Counted from the stretch's first letter, positions 21,968-32,596 are shown. The stretch: 64,000 bases of DNA from Minisyncoccota bacterium (GCA_041664205.1 JBAYLF010000002.1:29690-93689), one strand, 5' to 3'. The notes: a model not told the origin generated them from the letters alone. Numbers and translations are program-made.

Positions 21968-23239
21968 CTATTTTTTGCGATTTTTTATTATTTCTGAAAT
22001 GCCCGCAAGTATTGAATTTGGATCCAATCTTTGAGTATTGGCTGAATCCCAATCAAACTTTCCACGAACGCTTTTTCTCGTATCTTTTTCTTCGGGTAGC
22101 AATTCTACATTTTCCATTCCTATTTCATCCCCATAATAAATTATTGGACTTCCTGGAACGTTCAAAAACATTTTATATGCTTCAATTATCTTTTCTTTAT
22201 TTCCACCGAGAGCCGTTGCAGGTCGTAACGAAAGACCGCCAGCAAATCTATATTTTTTTTCTGGATCAAAATAAGAAAGCACTTCTTCACGCTCATTTTC
22301 ATCCCTTAAAGTTCCAATAGTCATTTCGTCATGATGACCGAAGAAAGTTACCCATGCGCAACTTTCGGGAATTTTAGCAGATGTTTCAATAACATCTTGA
22401 AGAAGAGCTGGATCATTTCTTTTGAGCACAAGCATCAACTGTGCCAATAATGGAAAAAGATATATTAAATGGCATTCGTCTCCGTCTCCAAAATATTCTT
22501 TGGTTTTTTCTACAGAATCGCACACTTCTCCAAGAATTATAATATTGTGGTGATTTTGATCTATATGCGAACGTATTTTTTTGACCAATGTGTGCGTTTC
22601 TGGAAGATCAGTTGATGTAGTTCCCTCCTTTTTTATCACATGAGACACTGCATCAAGACGAAATCCATCTACGCCAATATTTACCCAAAAATCTATCACG
22701 TTCATCATTTCAGAAAAAACGCGCGGATTTTCCCAATTAAGATCTACCTGTTTAATATGAAAGGTTGAAAAATAATAATCATCCGTTTGTTCATTGTATA
22801 TCCAATTTTTTGATTTCAGATCTGGAAAGAGATTTGGCGCTTCAGCAAACTCCTCTCCTGTCTTGCTCCATAAATAAAAATCTCTCTTGTCATTTTGGAC
22901 TGAACTGCGTGCTTCAACAAACCATGGGTGATTTGTTGAAGTGTGATTTAAAACAAAATCGATGATCACACGTATTCCTATGTCGTGGGCTTTTTTCATA
23001 AAATCCTTGAAATCATCAAGAGTTCCAAGATCTTCGCGAATACCCAGGTAATCTGTTATGTCATAACCCTCGTCGATCATTGGTGAAGGATAATGAGGAA
23101 GTAAATGAATGCAGTCAACGCCTAAAAACTTAAGATAATCCAGCTTATTCGAAAAATTTGTAAATGTACCAGCAAATCTATCTACATAGACCTCGTATAT
23201 AACTGAATTTTTCCACCAATAATCGTTGTTGTGCATCAT
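21968..23239 (-). CDS. GH13 trehalose synthase (TreS)-like alpha-amylase family protein
   Basis: DFVLNHTS, GFRLDAV, LGEV, HHDE and IYYGDEIGM motifs. Confidence 0.85.
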   Translation of the reverse strand: MMHNNDYWWKNSVIYEVYVDRFAGTFTNFSNKLDYLKFLGVDCIHLLPHYPSPMIDEGYDITDYLGIREDLGTLDDFKDFMKKAHDIGIRVIIDFVLNHTSTNHPWFVEARSSVQNDKRDFYLWSKTGEEFAEAPNLFPDLKSKNWIYNEQTDDYYFSTFHIKQVDLNWENPRVFSEMMNVIDFWVNIGVDGFRLDAVSHVIKKEGTTSTDLPETHTLVKKIRSHIDQNHHNIIILGEVCDSVEKTKEYFGDGDECHLIYLFPLLAQLMLVLKRNDPALLQDVIETSAKIPESCAWVTFFGHHDEMTIGTLRDENEREEVLSYFDPEKKYRFAGGLSLRPATALGGNKEKIIEAYKMFLNVPGSPIIYYGDEIGMENVELLPEEKDTRKSVRGKFDWDSANTQRLDPNSILAGISEIIKNRKK

Positions 23240-23293
23240 AATATTATTTTTTATTAATTAAACTAGAGTAATAAAACCTTCAATGTCGTCATT

Positions 23294-23809
23294 TTATGGC
23301 TGGAATAAATCTTCTGGCATAAATCGCACTGATGTTACGCTCGGAAACTGCTTTGCAGTTGCTTCAATTTGAAACCTGATTATTCCTACTCGACATGATC
23401 CTCCGCTCGTTTTAAATTTTGGATCATTAAAAGTTAAAGTTGCGACTCCCTCATCTATAACGACACTCTTTAGAGTAACTCCAGACAGTGGAAATTCAGT
23501 TGAAATTCCATTTGCTTTTTCTTCATCAGAAAGTTCTCCGCGAAGCAATAAATTTATTGTATCCTCTAAAGGTGTAGTGGTTGCAGATATAACTCGCTCA
23601 ACTTCAACAAGACCTTTTCTACTACACTGTGCACCTCCAGGACCTTGATCAAGTTCGGGGTTATAAAAATAAAGTTTTACTTTAATAAAGTTATTTGCTT
23701 TTTCTTTTAATTCTTCTAGGGGGGCTTGTTTATACGTATAAACAAGCCAGCTCGCAGAAGTAACAAGAATTACAGCGCAAATAATTATTAAAAGATACTT
23801 TTTATTCAT
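23294..23809 (-). CDS. GerMN domain protein
   Basis: N-terminal TM; GGSCRV...QIEATAKQFPSV...FQP ending. Confidence 0.85.
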   Translation of the reverse strand: MNKKYLLIIICAVILVTSASWLVYTYKQAPLEELKEKANNFIKVKLYFYNPELDQGPGGAQCSRKGLVEVERVISATTTPLEDTINLLLRGELSDEEKANGISTEFPLSGVTLKSVVIDEGVATLTFNDPKFKTSGGSCRVGIIRFQIEATAKQFPSVTSVRFMPEDLFQP

Positions 23810-23826
23810 AATCGCACTCGTTTAGT

Positions 23827-25293
23827 CTAAAAATATTGTAATGAATTTAGCTTAGCTCTAGTTTTTGGACCAACTAATCCATAACCGTCATCTCCAGGTT
23901 TTGCTATTCCATATCTTACTTGAAAACGTTTGAGTGCCGCGAGAGTCGCAGGTCCAAAATAACCTGTAACCGAACCTTCAGGATAAAGCGACGGATCTAA
24001 TTTTAGAAAATTTTGCAAAGCAGTAACCTGTGAATTTCTATATCCAAATTGGAGATAAGCTGAAAAATTTATTGAACGAACAGCTTTTATACCCAAAGCT
24101 GAAGTGCTCGCCATTGTAGAGGTTGAGGTTCCAGTTAAAATATTCTGCTGAGAATTCAAGGTAGTGTTTGCACTATAGTTCGTATTTACATAGCCAGGTG
24201 GAAGAATTATTAAATTTACAATATTTGCCTTCGTGGCATCATAAGCACCGCTAAAATTTTGTGGAAAAAGGTAAACAGGAACTGCTTGAGATGCAGAACT
24301 AATATTAGTGAAAGAGACTGTTGTGCTTCCTGACACTGGTAATGCATTGCTAAAACCAGGAACACTGCACGGTAAAGCCGTTGTTGTTGAACCTTGAACA
24401 CTGTTCCATGTTACAAAAGCATGACATGGCATTTGTAAATTAACTCCAGACGCATTACCCGCGACCCAAGAAAAATTTACAGACTGACCTGAAGCTAAAA
24501 GTTTTTGCGAACTTTCAAAACTTGAAACGTAAGGCACTGTCGGCAAAGGTTTGGGCGGAATGCTTATTGTTATAGATTTAGCGTGAATGGCATCATAAGC
24601 TCCGGCTGATATCGCTGGAAGAATTCTTATAGTTTGATCTGTAGTATAAGAGTTGGAATTAACAAAATATACACTCACAGAACCAGAACCGGGTAGATCT
24701 GTAGAATAAACTGGGATACCGCAATTCAAAGCACCGTTTACTGCTGGATTTGTAGAAAAAATTTGAATTCCATTCTGACAATCAAACTGAAGATTTGAAG
24801 CGCTAATTTCTCTGCCAGTCCATGATAAATTTATTGGGAAAGTAGATGTTGCGACTGATGTGGTTGCGAAAGAAAAATCAGCAATTGGCACAGGCACATT
24901 TCCAGCATACAAATTTATAAACGCCGCACCCGAATCATATTCAATACCGGAAGAATCTTTAGGTGTAACTTTCACTGCCAAAACTATCGGACTACCAGTA
25001 AGATTAATAACAGAAAAAATTAAATTGTCGGATGCGTTAGCACTCACAGATTGTTTTGTATTGCATGGAAATAATGAGCCATCAGCTTTTTTAATACTTA
25101 CACCATTTGGGCAAGAAAAATAAAGATTATGACCCGATCCATTTTCAATAGTCCATGATAAAACTACTTGATAACCGTAATTTACATTTTGAGAAGATGC
25201 AGTAAAAGACGAAACATATGGATTAGCAGCAAAAGCCGTAGAAGCACTAAATAAAAAAATGAACGCAAAAAAGGCTGATAAAAAATATTTCAT
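23827..25293 (-). CDS. Secreted Ser/Thr-rich repeat protein with C-terminal peptidoglycan-binding domain
   Basis: Signal peptide MKYFLSAF (25293); three related beta-rich repeats; VTALQNFL...GYFGPATLAALKRFQ...GLVGPKTRAKLN. Confidence 0.82.
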   Translation of the reverse strand: MKYFLSAFFAFIFLFSASTAFAANPYVSSFTASSQNVNYGYQVVLSWTIENGSGHNLYFSCPNGVSIKKADGSLFPCNTKQSVSANASDNLIFSVINLTGSPIVLAVKVTPKDSSGIEYDSGAAFINLYAGNVPVPIADFSFATTSVATSTFPINLSWTGREISASNLQFDCQNGIQIFSTNPAVNGALNCGIPVYSTDLPGSGSVSVYFVNSNSYTTDQTIRILPAISAGAYDAIHAKSITISIPPKPLPTVPYVSSFESSQKLLASGQSVNFSWVAGNASGVNLQMPCHAFVTWNSVQGSTTTALPCSVPGFSNALPVSGSTTVSFTNISSASQAVPVYLFPQNFSGAYDATKANIVNLIILPPGYVNTNYSANTTLNSQQNILTGTSTSTMASTSALGIKAVRSINFSAYLQFGYRNSQVTALQNFLKLDPSLYPEGSVTGYFGPATLAALKRFQVRYGIAKPGDDGYGLVGPKTRAKLNSLQYF

Positions 25294-25379
25294 AATTATT
25301 TTAAAACTTAAAATTTTATAAGCTAATTTTATCACTTTAAAACACCGCTTCAAAGCGGTGTTGTGAGATATATTTATAT

Positions 25380-25631
25380 TTACTTTTTCAGTAATAATTT
25401 ACACAAATCAATTTTCTTTTCTCTCGGCCAGCTTTTTATCTCAGCCTCGCGCTTTGACGCACTGCTTCTGTCTTTATGCTCTTCCGTATAAAGAATTTTT
25501 GTAACTTTTCTAGAGCTTGTATAATGTCCGCCTTTTCCGCTTTTATGTTCTTCAAATCTCCTTTTAACATCAGTGGTTATTCCAGTATAAAGAGACCCAT
25601 CGCTACATTTTAAAATGTAAACAAAATACAT
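25380..25631 (-). CDS. GIY-YIG nuclease family protein (YhbQ/UPF0213-like)
   Basis: YVYILKCSDGSLYTGITTDVKRRFEEH...SKREAEIK. Confidence 0.92.
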   Translation of the reverse strand: MYFVYILKCSDGSLYTGITTDVKRRFEEHKSGKGGHYTSSRKVTKILYTEEHKDRSSASKREAEIKSWPREKKIDLCKLLLKK

Positions 25632-25662
25632 AAGTTATATTTTATCAGAATTGCATATTCTC

Positions 25663-25734
25663 TGTCATTCCCGCGCAGGCGGGAATCCAGATTAAACAGA
25701 TATGAACTAGATTCCCGCCTGCGCGGGAATGACA
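25663..25734. repeat. REP-like inverted doublet 1
   Basis: TGTCATTCCCGCGCAGGCGGGAATCCAG, 16-nt spacer, then the inverted arm CTAGATTCCCGCCTGCGCGGGAATGACA. Confidence 0.92.
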
Positions 25735-26789
25735 GAAGTATTGAATAGATTTCTAGCCTCATTCCAAATTTCTGGCTGATTATGTTTTGTCTTCATCCAA
25801 TACCACCATTCTACGCCCCAAAAATAAAATTTGCTTAAGCCTGTTTGTTTTGCAAACTCAACATCTTCTTTAAACATTTTTAAATTCATTGATTGAGCTT
25901 GTTCTTCCAAAGAAGATTCCATAAGTGGCGCGCCTGTCCAAGGCTCCGCCTGCAATTCTATACAAATAACATCCTTATCAAAAACTTTTTTTATAATCTG
26001 CACCTTTCTCATATAAGTTACAGGATTTAAGAAAGAGTAAGTTCCAAAACCGAAAGTGTCCGTTACGCTCGTCCAAGCATTTCTATACATCGTAATTCCA
26101 ACAATATCGCCGATCTTCGCCGCACCGAACCATGTCGACTGCTCTCCGGAATCAGAAATAATTATTTTCCTTGTCGGATCAAGCGACTTCACCAAAGCAA
26201 CTTCTGCTTTCAGAAAATCATCGCTTCTATAATACCAAGAAGGACATTCACCGAAATAAAATAAAGGTTCATTCTCTACCTGCCAGTTAATGATCGCTTT
26301 TGAACCTTTGTATCTTTCAACAACCTTTGTGACATATTTTAAAAGTTGCACCTGCTGTTCTTCTTTTGATAAACCACTCATCCACGAAGGCGTGTGGCAC
26401 TCAGGCCATCTTCCTGTTTTCAAACCAACAACAAAAATAATTTTTACATTATTTTTTTCTGCCTGCTTAATCTGCCAATCAATATCATCAAAAAAATATT
26501 TATCTTTTTCTGTTTCAACCGCATTCCAATTTGTATGAAGTTTTATATTTTTTGCGCCAAGATCATTTATTATTGCTGAATAAGTTTCTTTCCAATCGAG
26601 TCCGAAATATTCTGCCTGCGACTGTGAAAAATCAACTCCCCACGGAGAATTGCTTGGAGTTTGCGAGCTAGCGCTTAAAGAAAAAGGCCAAGGAATAAAA
26701 AAGTAACCTAAAATTGCCATTATAAAAATAATGACCGCAATACCTAGTGAGATTAACTTTTTTCTATGTAAACCTATATTTTTAAGCAT
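25707..26789 (-). CDS. Membrane-anchored clan GH-A glycoside hydrolase (GH42/GH5-like)
   Basis: N-terminal TM, WQVENEP, IELQAEPW and FWGVEWWY motifs. Confidence 0.8.
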   Translation of the reverse strand: MLKNIGLHRKKLISLGIAVIIFIMAILGYFFIPWPFSLSASSQTPSNSPWGVDFSQSQAEYFGLDWKETYSAIINDLGAKNIKLHTNWNAVETEKDKYFFDDIDWQIKQAEKNNVKIIFVVGLKTGRWPECHTPSWMSGLSKEEQQVQLLKYVTKVVERYKGSKAIINWQVENEPLFYFGECPSWYYRSDDFLKAEVALVKSLDPTRKIIISDSGEQSTWFGAAKIGDIVGITMYRNAWTSVTDTFGFGTYSFLNPVTYMRKVQIIKKVFDKDVICIELQAEPWTGAPLMESSLEEQAQSMNLKMFKEDVEFAKQTGLSKFYFWGVEWWYWMKTKHNQPEIWNEARNLFNTSVIPAQAGI

Positions 26790-26923
26790 TTTTGCTCTGC
26801 TTTCGTCATTAATAGCTCGAAAAAAGTAGAGAGCTCACTCTACAACATTTTTTATAAAAAACAAACTGTAATTTAAATTACAGTTTGAAAATTATTATAT
26901 TTTTTTAATTTATCTGAAAAAAA

Positions 26924-27463
26924 TTATTTAGTCTTTTTTACTGCAACTTTTTTCTTAGGTGCTTTTTTGTCAGAATTTTTAACTGCAATTTCTACTTCCT
27001 TTACTGCAACTTTTTCTTGAACAGCTTTTGTGCTAGAAAGTGCTTCAACTGCTTTAGCGAGTCGATCAATTTTTACATTGAGCTCATCTATCTTCTTTAA
27101 CACATCAGCATTTCCGCCATTAGTATTTACAAAAGCAGGTTTTACTTGAACTCTGTCGTTATTAAATTCTCTCTGAGGAAATCTACCACCTCTATCACCG
27201 CCTCGGTCTCCTCCTCTGCTGTCTCTTTCATCTCCTTTGGTTGCAAAACAATCTTTGCAATAAACTGGCTTTCCGTTTGTTGGTCTAAAAGGCACCTCAC
27301 AAGATTGACTGCATTCGCTGCAAACAGCTTTGTGCATATCTTTAAATCCACCTTGTCCACCACCAAATGATGGTCTTCCGCCTCTTCCTCCAAAACTAGA
27401 GCCTCCTCTCCCTCCACCAAAACCTCCACCTCCTCTGCTTCCACCTCGATTAAAATTTCCCAT
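26924..27463 (-). CDS. RGG-rich CxxC-x17-CxxC zinc-ribbon protein
   Basis: MHKAVCSECSQSCEVPFRPTNGKPVYCKDCF. Confidence 0.88.
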   Translation of the reverse strand: MGNFNRGGSRGGGGFGGGRGGSSFGGRGGRPSFGGGQGGFKDMHKAVCSECSQSCEVPFRPTNGKPVYCKDCFATKGDERDSRGGDRGGDRGGRFPQREFNNDRVQVKPAFVNTNGGNADVLKKIDELNVKIDRLAKAVEALSSTKAVQEKVAVKEVEIAVKNSDKKAPKKKVAVKKTK

Positions 27464-27582
27464 ATATTTTTATTTATTATTAAATTTATTTTAAATGACT
27501 AATACACCAAATTTGTGAATTCTGTCAAGTTATAAGAGTCTATGCTTTTAATTGCTAAATAGCAAGGAAAACAAAGAACTCT

Positions 27583-29034
27583 CTACTTTTCCAAATCCAG
27601 AACTTCATCAATACGAATCTGACTTACAAATTCTGGCACGTGACTCACAAGCACCATTGCCCCATCATATTTATTAAGTGCGGCTGCAATAATAGGAATA
27701 TGACGAAAATTTATATGATTGGTAGGCTCATCAAGAATAAGAAGTCCAGGCTTTTGAAGCACGAGTCTCGCAAAAGCAACTAGCCCTTTCTGACCCTCCG
27801 ACAAATTACCAATTTTTGTATGTATAAGCTCTCCGCTAATTAAAAAGCTAGCCGCTGTCGATCTAAGAGTCGACTCTACTTGTTTTTCCATAACCGACAT
27901 AAGCGACTCATAAACAGTATCTTCAAAATTTAATGTTGAAAAATCCTGGCGATAATATCCAACCATGATATCAGGCGCAATAGTTGCCCCTTTAGATTTT
28001 CCAGAAGCTAGTGATTCCAAAAGTGTGCTTTTTCCTATTCCGTTTTGACCAGAAAGAAGAAGATGCTGATTACGTCTTAACACCACTTTTGCCTTTCTTG
28101 CGACAGGTTTATGATTTTTGAATACAGTAAAATCTGTAATATTAAGGACATCCCCTTTGGTGTCTTGTTGAGAAGGAATAATAAATGATCTTATAGTTTT
28201 ATCTTCTCTTCTTACAACCACTTTTTCTTCCTCGAGTTCCTCAGCTTTTTCTCTCATACGTTTTGCAACCATTCTCATCTGACCTCCTTTGTTAGCAAAA
28301 AAGTTCGCTTTGTCTTTATTTTCTTGAATCTCTTTGGCGAGCAAAGCATTCTTTCTATTTTCCTTTTCAATACGAGCGGAAATTTCCGCAAGAAGATCGA
28401 AATAGTTTCCGACATATTGCTCAACTTTTCGCGTATGAATATCAAGATACAAAACTCCTTGAGTAAACGAATTTAAAAAGTCCGCATCGTGAGAAATAAC
28501 AAGAACAGTTTTTTTATAATCTTGAAGAAATTTTGTGAGATGCGCTATTCCAGCTTTATCCAAATTGTTCGTAGGTTCGTCGAGTAAAAGAATATCAGGA
28601 TTTTGTATAAGCGCGGACGCAAGAAGAAGTCGCGCTTGCTGACCTCCAGAAAAAGATTTTACAATTCTATCGTGTGGTGCATTTAAATTTACCACTTCAA
28701 GAATTGCATCTATACGAGGATCAATATCATAAACTTTTTTATCAAAACATTTTTCAAAAAATTCTCTAACCGTAAGAAGAGACTCCTCGCGAGAAATGAC
28801 CTGATGTGCAGTAGCGATAGTGAGTCGCTCTCCAATATGTATATTACCGTTTTCTGTTTCAAGGCCTTTGGTTATAAGTTTAAAAATGGTGCTTTTTCCA
28901 GCACCATTCTGACCCATCAGTGTAACCTTAGAACCTCGCCTTAAAGAAAAATCCACATCCTCTAGGATGGGTTTTTTCGCTCCGTATTCAAATGATACAT
29001 TCTCAAATCTTAATATAACTTCGTCTCGTGACAT
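27583..29034 (-). CDS. ABC-F family ATPase
   Basis: Two ABC domains (GQNGAGKS, FSGGQ, LDEPTN; GQNGIGKS, LSEGQ), no TM segments. Confidence 0.93.
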   Translation of the reverse strand: MSRDEVILRFENVSFEYGAKKPILEDVDFSLRRGSKVTLMGQNGAGKSTIFKLITKGLETENGNIHIGERLTIATAHQVISREESLLTVREFFEKCFDKKVYDIDPRIDAILEVVNLNAPHDRIVKSFSGGQQARLLLASALIQNPDILLLDEPTNNLDKAGIAHLTKFLQDYKKTVLVISHDADFLNSFTQGVLYLDIHTRKVEQYVGNYFDLLAEISARIEKENRKNALLAKEIQENKDKANFFANKGGQMRMVAKRMREKAEELEEEKVVVRREDKTIRSFIIPSQQDTKGDVLNITDFTVFKNHKPVARKAKVVLRRNQHLLLSGQNGIGKSTLLESLASGKSKGATIAPDIMVGYYRQDFSTLNFEDTVYESLMSVMEKQVESTLRSTAASFLISGELIHTKIGNLSEGQKGLVAFARLVLQKPGLLILDEPTNHINFRHIPIIAAALNKYDGAMVLVSHVPEFVSQIRIDEVLDLEK

Positions 29035-29140
29035 CGCACAACAATAACATAATAAATTAAAAAAGTCTAGAGCTTAGTAAGTTTAAAAAAACAAACCGCA
29101 TTTAAAATACAGTTTGAATTTGAAATTGTTTTTTTGTTAA

Positions 29141-29701
29141 TTATTTATCTTCTTCAGTTTGAGAATTTAACGGTGGAGTTACTTTACTTTGACGAACACC
29201 TCCATATTGACCGTGTGTTTTTTGAATAACAGGTTCCTTCAATTCAACAAAAACCATCATAGCAATTGGGTCTTTGAATTTAAGCCTTATTCTAAAATTT
29301 CCTACATTTTTTATTTCTAGAACTACAACATGAGGCATTTCAAAAGCGCCATCTATTATTGATGCAGTTATATGAGTTGTAATACCGAGACGAGCTACAG
29401 TGCTTCTACCGTCTAAAATAGCTAATATATCAGAAGGTATTTGTATTGCTTCGTAAGTTGCTCCTAAAATAAATTGATTTGGTTCTAAATAAAATTCCTC
29501 TTTTATTAGATCAACTTCTTTATATTTAAGATTTTGAGGAGAGTTGATCTCAACTGTTTGATTTGGTTCGGGAATAAGAATATCCTTCGCGAGATGAATT
29601 CTAAGTCCTGCCGGTCTGATATTTTTCTTATCAAATTCCGGTTGGACAATGATTTTCCCTTCATTTATATATCGTTCAATTGTTTGATGTGAGAGAAACA
29701 T
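29141..29701 (-). CDS. dcd: dCTP deaminase
   Basis: FYLEPNQFILGATYE, DGRSTVARLG and LEIKNVG motifs. Confidence 0.88.
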   Translation of the reverse strand: MFLSHQTIERYINEGKIIVQPEFDKKNIRPAGLRIHLAKDILIPEPNQTVEINSPQNLKYKEVDLIKEEFYLEPNQFILGATYEAIQIPSDILAILDGRSTVARLGITTHITASIIDGAFEMPHVVVLEIKNVGNFRIRLKFKDPIAMMVFVELKEPVIQKTHGQYGGVRQSKVTPPLNSQTEEDK

Positions 29702-29831
29702 CGTTCATTAATACTATCAAATCGTATTATTTATTCAATGATTTTGATAATTAAGAAGGGCTGGTTTATAAAAAGATCTACAAACACACTGAAGTGTTGT
29801 AGATCTTTAATTTTCACCAAATTTCACAACT

Positions 29832-30149
29832 TTAGAATATCTTTCGATATTCAACTGGGCGACCATCATTATTTGCCCGTTCAATACCCAATAACATACC
29901 CATACTAATACCATAATCTTCATAAACAACGGTAAGTTCGGCTTCTTCGCCCCAAATGAGACCGGCTTCGATTCCTAGATCTCTTTCGTGTTTTATATTG
30001 TCATCTAATATGCCCATTTGAGTATAGAGCAAATGACTACACAAAGGAGCTTCTCCTCGTAATAAAGAATCTCGCATACATTTGCGAGCGTATTCTTTGT
30101 TTCGTTCTGTATTTCCAGCAAATGGACTTTCAATAATAACTTTTTTCAT
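29832..30149 (-). CDS. Conserved hypothetical protein (possibly nucleoside deoxyribosyltransferase-like fold, common in phages)
   Basis: VIIESPFAG...EAPLCSHLLYTQ...DYGISMGM..GI motif. Confidence 0.7.
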   Translation of the reverse strand: MKKVIIESPFAGNTERNKEYARKCMRDSLLRGEAPLCSHLLYTQMGILDDNIKHERDLGIEAGLIWGEEAELTVVYEDYGISMGMLLGIERANNDGRPVEYRKIF

Positions 30150-30250
30150 TTTTCTCCCCCAAACAATTTTCTGAGAAGATTTTAGCTTTTATTAGAGGAG
30201 TGGTCAAACTTTTATAAACATAACAAACACAATAACCAATTAATTTTCTC

Positions 30251-31033
30251 TTACATAGCAGAATTTCGCCATTGATTTTCTATTCGTTCCTGAGCTTTAT
30301 TTTCATGCATTCTTTTTTCAAAAAATACATAGTCCATCAAATAATCCATCTCTATTTTAAATATTCTATCTAAATATTCCTCCAGATGACTCTCATGAAT
30401 TACATCAACATAAATGTTTCTTGAAATAACATTCTCATCAGTATAAGGTTCTTTCCATTCATAATTACGATAATATAAAAAATTTTTCAGTTCATTTCCA
30501 TCTTGATCGATTATTTTTCCAGGACCTTTATATACAACTAACGAATAAAATAATCCTTTTGTATGAAGTATGCGTGAGTTTCCGCGTAAATACAGTAATG
30601 CTTTGATTAATTGCATAATAGCTCCTAAAAGATTATTCTTACTATTCTTCCTCTTCGAACTTTCATTTTCATCCTCATCTTTATTTTTTGTTAGATTTAT
30701 ATTTTTTATGACAGGATCAATATTGAAAAAATGAAACCTACTTTTGTCATGTAAATTTTGAATATTATAACCATCTATAAAATAAACCCTTTCATCTTTC
30801 GGGTTCGGTCTTGAATAACAAGTAAAATCCTGATCTAAATATTTACACTCAATAACAAGAGATAATTGATTACCACGAGGATTAGAACTTTCTTTTTTTT
30901 GTATAGCCACGATATCTATATCTCTTGGCTTAAGCTCAACATCATCAATATAATTTTGCTCAGAAAATACTTCGAATCCATTTTTTCTAATACGATCTTC
31001 TATTTCATATTGGAATTCATATCCTAAAGTCAT
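30251..31033 (-). CDS. PD-(D/E)xK restriction-endonuclease-like protein
   Basis: GYEFQ...RDIDIVA...VIECK. Start MTLGY at 31033 preferred; the ORF extends to 31126. Confidence 0.68.
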   Translation of the reverse strand: MTLGYEFQYEIEDRIRKNGFEVFSEQNYIDDVELKPRDIDIVAIQKKESSNPRGNQLSLVIECKYLDQDFTCYSRPNPKDERVYFIDGYNIQNLHDKSRFHFFNIDPVIKNINLTKNKDEDENESSKRKNSKNNLLGAIMQLIKALLYLRGNSRILHTKGLFYSLVVYKGPGKIIDQDGNELKNFLYYRNYEWKEPYTDENVISRNIYVDVIHESHLEEYLDRIFKIEMDYLMDYVFFEKRMHENKAQERIENQWRNSAM

Positions 31034-31148
31034 AATTTTTTTAATATTTAAATTAATTATATATAAATACGGTTCAATCACCATTCTTCTGGTAATAAAA
31101 ATTCTAATCTTGTAGGCACAATACACCTTTTGAGTCCTCCTATTATAT

Positions 31149-32243
31149 CTAATATTTATATTTCTTCAATTCCTTTTTACCGGTCTTAACAAATTTTCCG
31201 AATTGGCGATCTTTTTCCCTTCTCTCAAGTTCTGTCATTTCATAAAATTCACTCTCTTTTCTTAGATTAATATAATTTGAATATTTTTCTGCACTCAATC
31301 TGCCGGAATTTAATTCCGCTAAAACTGCGCAATCAGGTTCGTGCACATGAGTGCAATCAGCAAATTTGCATTTTTCTGCTAGAGCCGTTATTTCGTCAAA
31401 GAAGTTATCTATACTAACAACAGCGTCAGTCATTCCAACTTCTCTCATACCAGGATTATCAATAACAATTCCACCATTTTCCAAAAAATACATTTCTCTT
31501 ACTGTAGTTGCGTGTTTACCTCTGCCAGTACGAAGACCTATGTCTTCGGTTTTAATAATATCTTTGCCAAACAACTTGTTTATCAAAGACGACTTTCCTA
31601 CTCCAGAAGAACCGAGGAAACAATAAGTCTTTCCTTTTTCAATATGTTTTTTTAATTCTTCTAAACCATAATCTTCCATGGCACTGGTTTTGATAATTTC
31701 AACTTCATTAAATCTATTTTTTATCTCTATCAATTTTGAATCAAGATCTTCTTTTGAAATCAGATCTATTTTACTCAAGACAATTACAGGCTTTACTCCT
31801 CCATCATTAGCTATGACAAAATATCTTTCAAAACGATTTAAGTTAAAATCTCTGTTAATAGATTCTACAATAAACACTTCGTCAATGTTTGAAGCTATGG
31901 TTTGTGTCTCGCTTTTGTTCTCGCCTCGGGTTTTGTCGCCATGCTTTCTTTTTATTAAAGTTTTTCTTGGCAATATTCCGTGGATCACAGCTTGTTCTGC
32001 ATTAAGTTCAGTGATCGCCACCCAATCTCCTACTGCTGGATAATCTTCTCGCGATGAAGCGTTAAGCATTTGTTTGCCAGTTATTTTTGCCAAAAATTCA
32101 CCATTAGCATTTTTTACTTTATAAGCGCCTCTGTGTTCGGCAATAACTCGTGCAACGCCAAAATTATCCAACCCTAATTTTTTGCGGTTAGATTCAAAAA
32201 AAGTATCATATCCCAAATCCTCAATAGTGATTTTTTCTTGCAT
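31149..32243 (-). CDS. rsgA: Ribosome small subunit-dependent GTPase A
   Basis: PAVGDWV, GSSGVGKSSLIN, GKHATT, DNPGMRE and CKFADCTHVHEPDC motifs. Confidence 0.96.
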   Translation of the reverse strand: MQEKITIEDLGYDTFFESNRKKLGLDNFGVARVIAEHRGAYKVKNANGEFLAKITGKQMLNASSREDYPAVGDWVAITELNAEQAVIHGILPRKTLIKRKHGDKTRGENKSETQTIASNIDEVFIVESINRDFNLNRFERYFVIANDGGVKPVIVLSKIDLISKEDLDSKLIEIKNRFNEVEIIKTSAMEDYGLEELKKHIEKGKTYCFLGSSGVGKSSLINKLFGKDIIKTEDIGLRTGRGKHATTVREMYFLENGGIVIDNPGMREVGMTDAVVSIDNFFDEITALAEKCKFADCTHVHEPDCAVLAELNSGRLSAEKYSNYINLRKESEFYEMTELERREKDRQFGKFVKTGKKELKKYKY

Positions 32244-32296
32244 GTTTATAGTCTATCAGGATTCTAAATTGTCGGATAGATTTATTCTAAATTTAG

Positions 32297-32596
32297 TTAG
32301 ACGGAAAAGGCAATGAGAACAATGATTGTGGTTATAAAAGCGAACGTGAGGAGCGTTTTTGTAAAAAGCTCTATAGCCTCGCGCTTTTGCCCATCTATAT
32401 ACATAAGTGCCGGCTGAAAGACAAAAGTGTAGCCCATGAAAGCAACAGAGAGTACTAATAGGCTAAGCATCGCCATCGGAGCTAAGATTGTATCAGGCTT
32501 TTCTCTGACGAATGTTGGACCGTAGGAAATAAGAAGTACGACGAAAACTATATAAGCTCCAGCAATTATTGCATTAATGTATGGATTTTTAGTCAT
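32297..32596 (-). CDS. Small membrane protein
   Basis: Three hydrophobic segments. Confidence 0.7.
   Translation of the reverse strand: MTKNPYINAIIAGAYIVFVVLLISYGPTFVREKPDTILAPMAMLSLLVLSVAFMGYTFVFQPALMYIDGQKREAIELFTKTLLTFAFITTIIVLIAFSV

Noticed and set aside
26854-29118. Two similar AT-rich hairpins (AAACAAAC…TACAGTTTGAA) near 26860 and 29090
   Set aside because: Low complexity and located at gene 3' ends; most simply ordinary terminators.
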